The notes beneath the pieces are model-generated. The model worked only from the letters and a program-made list of their open reading frames with translations. It was not told where the DNA came from and ran no database searches. This document shows, in pieces, positions 56,589-64,000 of a stretch of 64,000 nt of DNA. Position 1 is the stretch's first letter; each line of letters opens with the position of its first letter. The translations under genes were made by a program, and so were the position numbers. Origin of the DNA: an uncultured Anaeroplasmataceae bacterium (lineage in GTDB: Bacteria; Bacillota_I; Bacilli_A; Acholeplasmatales; Anaeroplasmataceae); contig CAJTTN010000006.1 in NCBI GenBank assembly GCA_910579215.1, positions 57,376 through 121,375 on the forward strand, given 5' to 3'.

Positions 56589-57602
56589 ATGATTATTAAA
56601 ATGAAAGAATCAATTTCTAATAAGGAATATCAAAACATTATAGATTATTTTAAAATGCGTGGACTTGAAATTAAAGATGCAAGTAGTGGAGATGTAAAAG
56701 TTATAGGTATAATTGGAGATACTACTAAAATTATGGATAGTGATGTCTATGCTCTTTCAGGTGTGGAAAATATTACGAGAATACAAGTGCCATATAAAAA
56801 GGCCTCTAAAGCGTTTCATCCTGAGCCTACAGTAATTGATGTGTGTGGTGTAAAAATTGGTGGTAAAAATTTTACAGTAATGGCAGGTCCATGTTCTGTT
56901 GAAAATCATGATCAAATTGTTAGTGTAGCCCAAAGTGTAAAAGAAAGTGGTGCCCACGTTTTAAGAGGTGGTGCTTACAAGCCTAGAACCTCTCCCTATG
57001 CGTTTCAGGGTTTAGAACTAGAAGGGTTAGACTTATTAATGGAAGCACGTGAAGCGACTCATTTACCTATTATTACAGAAATTCAATCGGAGGATATGAT
57101 AGAACGATATGTTAAGGATGTAGATATCATTCAGGTTGGTGCTAGAAATATGCAGAACTTTCATTTATTAAAGGCATTAGGTAAAATTGATAAGCCAATT
57201 TTACTTAAGCGTGGATTATCTGCAACAATAGAGGAATGGTTAATGGCAGCAGAATATATTCTTGCTGGTGGAAATGATAAGGTAATTCTATGTGAGCGCG
57301 GTATTCGTACATTTGAAAAATATACTAGAAATACGTTAGACTTATCTGCAGTTCTTGCAGTAAAGGAATTATCGCATTTGCCTGTAATTGTTGATCCATC
57401 TCATGCAGCAGGAAAATGGTCTATGGTAGAGGATTTATCTAAAGCAGCCTTAGCTGTAGGTGCAGATGGTATTATAGTTGAAGTACATAATAATCCAGAA
57501 TGCGCATTGTGTGACGGAGCTCAAAGCTTAAAGCCAGAGCGCTTTGATCATATGATGAAGCAGTTAAAGCAAATTGCTCCTATTGTGGATAAGAAGCTAT
57601 AA
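56589..57602 (+). CDS. 3-deoxy-7-phosphoheptulonate (DAHP) synthase, type I-beta with N-terminal regulatory domain
   Basis: KDO8PS/DAHPS I-beta core (VMAGPCSVEN, LRGGAYKPRTSPY, VDPSH). ~70-aa N-terminal ferredoxin-like regulatory extension. Confidence 0.85.
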   Translation: MIIKMKESISNKEYQNIIDYFKMRGLEIKDASSGDVKVIGIIGDTTKIMDSDVYALSGVENITRIQVPYKKASKAFHPEPTVIDVCGVKIGGKNFTVMAGPCSVENHDQIVSVAQSVKESGAHVLRGGAYKPRTSPYAFQGLELEGLDLLMEAREATHLPIITEIQSEDMIERYVKDVDIIQVGARNMQNFHLLKALGKIDKPILLKRGLSATIEEWLMAAEYILAGGNDKVILCERGIRTFEKYTRNTLDLSAVLAVKELSHLPVIVDPSHAAGKWSMVEDLSKAALAVGADGIIVEVHNNPECALCDGAQSLKPERFDHMMKQLKQIAPIVDKKL

Positions 57603-58432
57603 TGAAAATTTGTATTGTTGGTCTAGGATTAATTGGAGGTTCTTATGCTATGGGCCTTTCAAAGAAGGGGCATAAGGTTTATGGTATTGATAAGAATATT
57701 CAAGCGATTCAGTTTGCAAAAGATAAGGGTTTTATCTTAGAAGGCTTTAATAAAGAAACTGCGATTATAGAGGAATGTGATTGTATAATTTTAGCAATTT
57801 ATCCTCAGGCTATTCTAGATTTTTTATATAAAAATCAAGCACATTTTAAAGAAAATCAGATAATTACTGATGTTTGTGGTGTCAAGAATTCATTTGTTAG
57901 AAAGGCAACTCTTCTTGCAAGAAAAGCTACCTATTTGTCTCATCATCCTATGGCTGGAAGGGAGAAGTTAGGAATAGAATATGCAGATGATAAAATTTTT
58001 AATGGAGCAAATTTTATTATCACTCCCTTAGAAGAGACTCCACAACAAGCTATGGATGTTTTGAAAGAAATTGCTCAGGATTTAAATTTTGGTAAAATAA
58101 CAACAGTTTCTTTAGATAAGCATGATCAAATGATTGGGTTTACAAGTCAGCTTACCCATGCGATTGCAGTATCTTTAGTTAATAGTGATTATGCAGAAGA
58201 TACGCAACGCTTTATCGGAGATTCCTATCGTGATTTGACAAGAATAGCAATGATTAATGAAGTTTTATGGAGTGAGCTTTTTTTGGAAAATCGAGAGACT
58301 TTATTAAAGCATATTGAAAATTTTGAGTCTGAATTGAATGTATTAAAATTAGCTTTAAAACAAGGAGATCGTGCATTGTTACAGGAGCTTTTCATAAAAT
58401 CAACGAATATAAGAAGGAAGATGGAAAAATGA
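57602..58432 (+). CDS. tyrA: Prephenate dehydrogenase
   Basis: IVGLGLIGGS Rossmann motif, SHHPMAG catalytic region. Confidence 0.85.
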   Translation: MKICIVGLGLIGGSYAMGLSKKGHKVYGIDKNIQAIQFAKDKGFILEGFNKETAIIEECDCIILAIYPQAILDFLYKNQAHFKENQIITDVCGVKNSFVRKATLLARKATYLSHHPMAGREKLGIEYADDKIFNGANFIITPLEETPQQAMDVLKEIAQDLNFGKITTVSLDKHDQMIGFTSQLTHAIAVSLVNSDYAEDTQRFIGDSYRDLTRIAMINEVLWSELFLENRETLLKHIENFESELNVLKLALKQGDRALLQELFIKSTNIRRKMEK

Positions 58433-59439
58433 AATCTCTAAGAATCAATTTACAGGAGGATTCCTATAACATATTTATAGAGGATGATTTGCTTTTGCAT
58501 CTTTCTTTTTATATTAGACAGATTTTTAAAGGTGATAAAATTTATATTATTACAGATGATATTGTAGAAGCACTTTATTTAAAGGTGGTTCAGGAAAGCT
58601 TAAAGGAATTTACTATCCAAACGGTAATTGTACCTCATGGCGAAGGAGCTAAAAGCTTAGATACGTATGCTGAGGTTTGCCAAAAGCTTTTAACGATGGA
58701 TATTAGAAGAAATGAGCTTCTGCTAGCCTTAGGTGGAGGTGTTGTTGGTGATTTAACGGGATTTATTGCTGCGACCTTATTTAGAGGATTACCTTATGTT
58801 AATGTACCAACTACCCTGCTGAGTCAAATGGATTCCTCTATTGGAGGGAAAACTGGAATAGACTTTGCAGGCAGGAAAAATATGATTGGCTGCTTTAAGC
58901 AACCTAAAGTTGTTTTAATAGATCCTAAAGTGCTTAGAACATTACCTAAGCAGGAATGGAATAATGGTATGGGAGAATTAATAAAGCATGCCATAATAGG
59001 AAATCCTACCTTATTTGAGATGCTTTTGCAAAAACCAGAAATTGATGAAATTATGATTTTTGAAAGCCTAAAGGTAAAGCAAAAGGTTGTGGAGAAGGAT
59101 GTATATGATACAGGAGAAAGAATGCTTCTTAACTTTGGGCATACCTTTGGTCATGTGATAGAATTAGAAATGAATTTAAAGCATGGAGAAGCTGTAGCCT
59201 TAGGAATGCTGATGATGCTACGTTTTGGTATTGATAAGGGGATTACAGAAGAAGTATGCTATACAAGAGTAATGGATATTTTACGACTTTATGAGTTACC
59301 ATTCATGGAAGTAGATTATCATAGATATCTTAATGAAATTTTTAAAGACAAGAAGAATCTAGCGGGAAAATTATCCTTAGTCTTGATTAAGAATATTGGA
59401 GAAGCTTTCTTATATGTATTAAACGAAAATGAAGTATAG
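58429..59439 (+). CDS. aroB: 3-dehydroquinate synthase
   Basis: GGGVVGDLTGF, NVPTTLLSQMDSSIGGKTGID, FGHT.GH metal ligands. Confidence 0.9.
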   Translation: MKSLRINLQEDSYNIFIEDDLLLHLSFYIRQIFKGDKIYIITDDIVEALYLKVVQESLKEFTIQTVIVPHGEGAKSLDTYAEVCQKLLTMDIRRNELLLALGGGVVGDLTGFIAATLFRGLPYVNVPTTLLSQMDSSIGGKTGIDFAGRKNMIGCFKQPKVVLIDPKVLRTLPKQEWNNGMGELIKHAIIGNPTLFEMLLQKPEIDEIMIFESLKVKQKVVEKDVYDTGERMLLNFGHTFGHVIELEMNLKHGEAVALGMLMMLRFGIDKGITEEVCYTRVMDILRLYELPFMEVDYHRYLNEIFKDKKNLAGKLSLVLIKNIGEAFLYVLNENEV

Positions 59440-59451
59440 GAGATATGAAGT

Positions 59452-60717
59452 ATGAATGTAACTATTTTTCCAAAAAAGCTAAAGGGTAATGTGAATATTC
59501 CTCCCTCTAAAAGCCTTTCTCATCGTGCTATTATAGCCGCTTGTCTTGCAGAAGGCGAAAGCATCCTATCTAATGTTATGTTTTCTAAGGATGTTTTAGC
59601 AACCATTTCAGGTATGGAGGCTTTAGGAGCAAGGGTAAGCATTGTTGGAAATACGCTTAGAATACAGGGGAGTAAGGTTCTTCGTAAGGAAAGTGAAATA
59701 CATGCAAATGAGTCTGGCTCTACTTTACGCTTTTTAATTCCAATTGCGTTAGTAAATCCTGAACCAATATGTTTTTATGGGAAAAATAACTTAGTTAATC
59801 GTCCATTGGACTCCTATTTTACTTTATTTGAAGCCTATAATATTTCTTATCATCATCCTAAGGAGGCTTATTTGCCTTTATCTATTAAAGGGGGCTTACA
59901 ACCAGGAAGCTATGAGATGAAAGGTAATATTTCCTCTCAATTCATTACAGGGTTATTATTTGCTTTACCCTTGCTAGATGGAAATTCTAAAATAATTGTG
60001 ACTACACCTCTTGAGTCTAAGGGATATGTAGATTTGACTTTGGACATTTTAAAGAAGTTTGGGATCCAAATAACGCATAGGAATTACGAAGAATTTTATA
60101 TTTTAGGAAATCAAAGCTATAAGCCTTACTCCTATAAAATAGAAGGAGATTATTCTCAAACAGCCTTCTTTTTAACAGCTGGCGCCATGGGAGCAGAGCT
60201 GAAGCTTTTAGGAATGTCTAGCTGCTCCTATCAAGGAGATAAAAAGATTTTAAAGGATATGGAGGCTTTTGGAGCTAAGCCTATCTTTACAGATATGGAA
60301 TTGTACTGTAGTCCAACAAAGACGAATGGAGCTACAATTGATTTTTCTCAATCGCCAGATTTAGGACCTGCTCTTACAGTTTTGGCTAGTGTTTCAGAAG
60401 GAGAATCTCACTTTATTAATGCTGGTAGATTAAGGATTAAAGAATGTGATAGAATCACTTGTATGAAAGATGAACTTACTAAGCTAGGCGCACAAATAGA
60501 AGAAACAGAGGATACGATGTACATAAGGGGTGTTTCAATGCTTCGAGGTGGTATTGTAGATTCACATAATGACCATCGAGTTGCGATGGCACTTGCAATG
60601 GCTACTTTAAAAATGACAGAGCCCTTAACAATTTTAAATGCAGAATGTGTTTCTAAATCCTATCCTGAATTTTGGGAAATATTTGAATCCATTGGAGGAA
60701 ACATTAAGTATGAATAA
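59452..60717 (+). CDS. aroA: 3-phosphoshikimate 1-carboxyvinyltransferase (EPSP synthase)
   Basis: PPSKSLSHRA, LGARV, NAGRLRIKECDR, DHRVAMALA. Confidence 0.9.
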   Translation: MNVTIFPKKLKGNVNIPPSKSLSHRAIIAACLAEGESILSNVMFSKDVLATISGMEALGARVSIVGNTLRIQGSKVLRKESEIHANESGSTLRFLIPIALVNPEPICFYGKNNLVNRPLDSYFTLFEAYNISYHHPKEAYLPLSIKGGLQPGSYEMKGNISSQFITGLLFALPLLDGNSKIIVTTPLESKGYVDLTLDILKKFGIQITHRNYEEFYILGNQSYKPYSYKIEGDYSQTAFFLTAGAMGAELKLLGMSSCSYQGDKKILKDMEAFGAKPIFTDMELYCSPTKTNGATIDFSQSPDLGPALTVLASVSEGESHFINAGRLRIKECDRITCMKDELTKLGAQIEETEDTMYIRGVSMLRGGIVDSHNDHRVAMALAMATLKMTEPLTILNAECVSKSYPEFWEIFESIGGNIKYE

Positions 60718-60976
60718 ATTAGAGGAAGCAAGAAGCATCATTCAGAATGTGGATCAGCAAATCATAGAATTATTTTTAAAGCGTATGCAAGCTGCAAAAA
60801 TGGTTGCAGAATATAAAATGGAAAATCAATTGCCAGTAGAGGATAAGCTAAGAGAACAAGAACTTTTAAAGAGAAATCTAAGGGCAGTTCCATTAGAGCT
60901 TCAGAAATACTATATACTATTTTTTGAAGGCATCCTTAAGGCATCTAAAGCCTATCAGGAGGATTTAATGGGATGA
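60710..60976 (+). CDS. Chorismate mutase (AroQ class)
   Basis: LEEARSIIQNVDQQIIELFLKRMQAAKMVAEYK is the CM_2 helix-1 pattern. GGAGGA SD before ATG 60710. Confidence 0.75.
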   Translation: MNKLEEARSIIQNVDQQIIELFLKRMQAAKMVAEYKMENQLPVEDKLREQELLKRNLRAVPLELQKYYILFFEGILKASKAYQEDLMG

Positions 60977-62391
60977 AGCAGTATGGCTTATTAGGAGAAA
61001 AGCTTGCTCATAGCTATTCAAAATGTATCCATACTTATATATTTCAAGCTCTGCATATAGAGGCTGAATATCATTTATTAGAGTGTAAAGAAGCAGAACT
61101 TCCTAAGTATATTGCAAAGCTTCGAAGAAAAGAATATAACGGATTTAATGTAACGATTCCTTATAAGAAAGTTATTATGAAGTATTTAGATGAAATCGAT
61201 GCTAAGGCAAAAAAAATTGGTAGTGTAAATACGATTTATATTAAGAAGGATAAGGTTATTGGAACAAATACAGATTATGATGGATTTTTTGAAACTATAA
61301 AGAAATATAAGATTGAAGTTAAAAATAAAGATTGCTTTATACTTGGTACGGGTGGAGCTTCTTTGGCGATATCACAGGTTTTATCGGATTTAGGAGGGAA
61401 TTGTCATTTTGTTTCTCGCACTCCAAGAGGGTCTGTTTTAGGATATCCAGATTTAGAAGCTAAAGAAATTGATCTTTTAGTCAATACGACGCCAGTAGGG
61501 ATGTTTCCTACTATTGATGAAAGTCCTGTAAGTAAGGAAATTGCGCAAAAAGCAAGGGTTGCGATGGATATAATTTTTAATCCTAGACAGACGAAGTTTT
61601 TAAGCTATGCCAATTCCTCTATTGATGGCTTTTACATGCTGATTATGCAGGCTATAAAGGCAGAAGAAATATGGCAAAATCAAATACTATCCTTAGATAT
61701 TGATAAAATGATTTCTATGATAAGTATACATCTTGTTCTTCCTTATAAGATTTGGTCTATTGTAAAGGATTTGAACTTTAATAAAATTACGGATGGCTGT
61801 AGTGAGGATGAGGTATACAATTTTGATAGTCAATATATATTGAAAATATCTTCTTATCCAGATAGACTCTTAAGAGAAAAAGAAAGAATGGATTGGCTTC
61901 AGAATAAAATTCCTACTGCTAAAAGTGTAGTCTATGAGGAATATAATTCTAGGTATTATTTTTTAAGAACCTGTATTCAAGGAGATAGCTTAGCTGCAGA
62001 ACGTTTTTTAAAGAATCCAAAAGTATTAATTGAAATTTTACCAACAATTATAAAGGTATTGAGAAGCTTAGATACTACCCAATGTCCCTTTAATTCTATA
62101 GAGAGTCAGGGCAATACATTTGTCCATGGAGATTTATGCTTGCCCAATATTTTAGTTAATAAAAAAAATGAGTTTGTCGGTTTTATTGATTTGGATAATG
62201 CAGGCTTAGGAGATTGCTGGTATGACTATGCTTGGCTATTGTGGAGTGTGGCATATAATCTAAAAACTAAAGCTTGGATTCCCTATCTATTAGATGTGTG
62301 TCAGCTCAAATTTGACGAAGAAAAATTTCGAAAATATATTCCTAAGTGTAACCTAGAGGAATTAGAAAAGGTGTTGCAGGAGAACATATGA
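60973..62391 (+). CDS. aroE: Shikimate dehydrogenase (AroE) fused in-frame to a C-terminal APH(3')-like phosphotransferase domain
   Basis: N-terminal ~245 aa carry SDH motifs (LAHSYS, NVTIPYK, NTDYDG, ILGTGGA). Residues ~250-472 align motif-for-motif with aminoglycoside 3'-phosphotransferases: Gly-loop TDGCSEDEVY, Lys in ILKIS, REKERMDWL, catalytic HGDLCLPNILV, IDLDNAG, CWYDYAWL. Confidence 0.8.
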   Translation: MKQYGLLGEKLAHSYSKCIHTYIFQALHIEAEYHLLECKEAELPKYIAKLRRKEYNGFNVTIPYKKVIMKYLDEIDAKAKKIGSVNTIYIKKDKVIGTNTDYDGFFETIKKYKIEVKNKDCFILGTGGASLAISQVLSDLGGNCHFVSRTPRGSVLGYPDLEAKEIDLLVNTTPVGMFPTIDESPVSKEIAQKARVAMDIIFNPRQTKFLSYANSSIDGFYMLIMQAIKAEEIWQNQILSLDIDKMISMISIHLVLPYKIWSIVKDLNFNKITDGCSEDEVYNFDSQYILKISSYPDRLLREKERMDWLQNKIPTAKSVVYEEYNSRYYFLRTCIQGDSLAAERFLKNPKVLIEILPTIIKVLRSLDTTQCPFNSIESQGNTFVHGDLCLPNILVNKKNEFVGFIDLDNAGLGDCWYDYAWLLWSVAYNLKTKAWIPYLLDVCQLKFDEEKFRKYIPKCNLEELEKVLQENI

Positions 62392-62933
62392 AACAAATAA
62401 AGATACAGGATAAAGCTTACACGATAATAAAGCTTTTGGGTAAGGGCAAAGGTGGCTACTCTTATCTTGTTACAGATGGGGCTAAGCAATATGTTTGTAA
62501 GCAAATTCATCATGAGCCCTGCTCCTATTATACCTTTGGGGATAAATTGGCATCAGAGCTTAGGGATTATGAGATTTTAAAAAATATAGGAATCCCTGTG
62601 CCAGAGTTACTAAGTGTGGATGAACAACAGGAACGCCTACTAAAGGAGTATATTGAGGGCCCTACCCTATATGATTTAGTAGTTGATGATAAAGTAAAAG
62701 ATGAGTATCTTACCCAAATTAAACAAATGTGTAAATTGTTATATGCCTCAAATATCAACATTGATTATTTTCCGACAAACTTTGTTGTACAGAAGGAAAT
62801 GCTTTATTATATTGATTATGAATGTAATTCTTATATGGAAGAATGGAATTTTGAAAATTGGGGTATTAAATATTGGTCAAAGACGCAAGAATTTATGGAT
62901 TATTTTAAGTCCTTAGAGAAAGGAGAATCATAG
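62388..62933 (+). CDS. Minimal APH/protein-kinase-like protein (181 aa)
   Basis: Gly-rich loop LLGKGKGGYSY, Lys in YVCKQI, ILKNIGIPVPELL (cf. APH ...LP.P.VL), catalytic-loop-like IDYFPTNFVV and YYIDYE (cf. IDWE). Confidence 0.5.
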   Translation: MKQIKIQDKAYTIIKLLGKGKGGYSYLVTDGAKQYVCKQIHHEPCSYYTFGDKLASELRDYEILKNIGIPVPELLSVDEQQERLLKEYIEGPTLYDLVVDDKVKDEYLTQIKQMCKLLYASNINIDYFPTNFVVQKEMLYYIDYECNSYMEEWNFENWGIKYWSKTQEFMDYFKSLEKGES

Positions 62934-62934
62934 T

Positions 62935-63927
62935 ATGAATCATTTTGGAAGATTATTTCAAATGACTTTATTTGGAGAAAGTCATGGAAGCTCTGTTGGC
63001 GTAGTACTAGATGGCGTCCCTGCTGGATTACCTCTTACTGAAAAAGATTTTCAAGCTGATTTATTAAGGAGAAAGTCTGGTGGTTTAGGAACAACTCCTA
63101 GAATAGAAGCAGATGAGATTCTACTAGAAACAGGCATTTTTGAGGGTAAAACGACAGGAGCTCCAATAATGATTCGTTTCTTGAATCAAAATACGAGAAG
63201 CAAGGATTATACTCAGCTACTAGCTCATCCTCGACCTTCACATGCAGATTATGTAGCCAATGTAAAATATCAAGGCTTTCAGGATTATAGAGGTGGAGGA
63301 GCATTTTCTGGCAGACTTACCTTAGGATTAGTTTCGGCAGGAGTGATTGCTAAAAAGATTCTTAACAAGTATGTTTTTTCAACAACAATAATTAATTTAG
63401 GGGGGAATACTGTACCATCTGAATTTGATAAAGTACTAAGGGATGTTGTTTTAGAAAAGGATTCTATTGGTGGGATAGTAGAAATTAGAGTTGCTAATGT
63501 TTTGGCAGGCTTAGGAGAGCCCTATTTTGATTCTTTGGAATCAACTATTTCTCACCTTTTATTTTCTGTTGGTGGTGTAAAGGGTGTTTCCTTTGGTGCT
63601 GGCTTTTCAGGTGTTACTTTAAAGGGAAGTGCCTTTAATGATTTAATTATTGATGCTTCAGGAAAGACGAAAACAAATCATAATGGTGGTATTAATGGTG
63701 GTATATCTAATGGAAATGAGCTTATAGTATCTGTTTTTGTCAAGCCAACCCCTTCTATAGGAAAGCCACAACAAACCTTTAATTTTCAATCCAATCAAAT
63801 AGAGGAGCTTGTCATAGAGGGAAGGCATGATGCTGCAATAATTTTAAGAGCACAGGTGGTATTAGAGGCTTGTGTAGCGATTGCTTTAGCAGATGCTTAC
63901 CTGATTCATAAAGCATATAAAGATTAA
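62935..63927 (+). CDS. aroC: Chorismate synthase
   Basis: MTLFGESHG, GRSSARET-like RRKSGGLGTTPR, and C-terminal FMN-binding region. Confidence 0.9.
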   Translation: MNHFGRLFQMTLFGESHGSSVGVVLDGVPAGLPLTEKDFQADLLRRKSGGLGTTPRIEADEILLETGIFEGKTTGAPIMIRFLNQNTRSKDYTQLLAHPRPSHADYVANVKYQGFQDYRGGGAFSGRLTLGLVSAGVIAKKILNKYVFSTTIINLGGNTVPSEFDKVLRDVVLEKDSIGGIVEIRVANVLAGLGEPYFDSLESTISHLLFSVGGVKGVSFGAGFSGVTLKGSAFNDLIIDASGKTKTNHNGGINGGISNGNELIVSVFVKPTPSIGKPQQTFNFQSNQIEELVIEGRHDAAIILRAQVVLEACVAIALADAYLIHKAYKD

Positions 63928-64000
63928 ATAAAAAAGAGCTAATGAATAAAATAGACCCTATAAAGTAGACACGAATAAAAAAAGGTGTAGATTCTACTTT

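Noticed and set aside
1-64000. CRISPR arrays, rRNA genes and prophage structural genes
   Set aside because: No regularly spaced direct repeats, no rRNA-like conserved stretches and no capsid, terminase or integrase ORFs were found in any frame.

Overview
This is an AT-rich chromosomal segment from a low-GC Firmicute, with Bacillus-like local synteny (rpmB-yloV-recG-plsX, dnaD-nth, mnmG-rsmG, rpsP-KH) but the usual operons are fragmented. It may be Erysipelotrichia- or Clostridia-like; this is inference only. The window is almost entirely + strand housekeeping genes. These include recG, plsX, rnc, nth, dnaE, pgk, tpiA, mnmG, rsmG, rpsP, typA, pepT, cspA, dapA, dapB-like, PFOR, pcp, nfo, two flotillin/SPFH loci and an aromatic amino acid operon. 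Accessory or unusual content follows. (1) The window opens inside a 5'-partial RHS/YD-repeat polymorphic toxin gene whose C-terminal variable domain carries a hydrophobic tail; a complete IS with perfect 28-bp terminal inverted repeats sits exactly where an immunity gene would be expected. (2) An IbrA-like (PAPS-reductase/PP-loop plus DUF3440) and IbrB-like (ParB-fold) gene pair abuts the 3' ends of tRNA-Arg/tRNA-Asp. (3) A lone 364-aa protein with an R-x5-H HEPN/Abi-like motif sits between floT and typA. (4) The aro operon encodes a shikimate dehydrogenase fused in-frame to a complete APH(3')-like phosphotransferase domain, followed by a second minimal APH/protein-kinase-like ORF, and no canonical shikimate kinase is visible; I propose this as a non-orthologous shikimate kinase and consider it the most novel candidate system. 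(5) An XRE-HTH plus TPR-like (RNPP-like) regulator is translationally coupled to an Ig-like anchored surface protein. (6) A lipoprotein serpin and a PL1 pectate-lyase lipoprotein with Flg_new repeats are present. (7) A Y-family polymerase/YolD operon is preceded by a palindrome that may be an SOS operator. No CRISPR arrays, rRNA or prophage were seen. Two tRNAs are present (Arg-ACG, Asp-GTC, minus strand).
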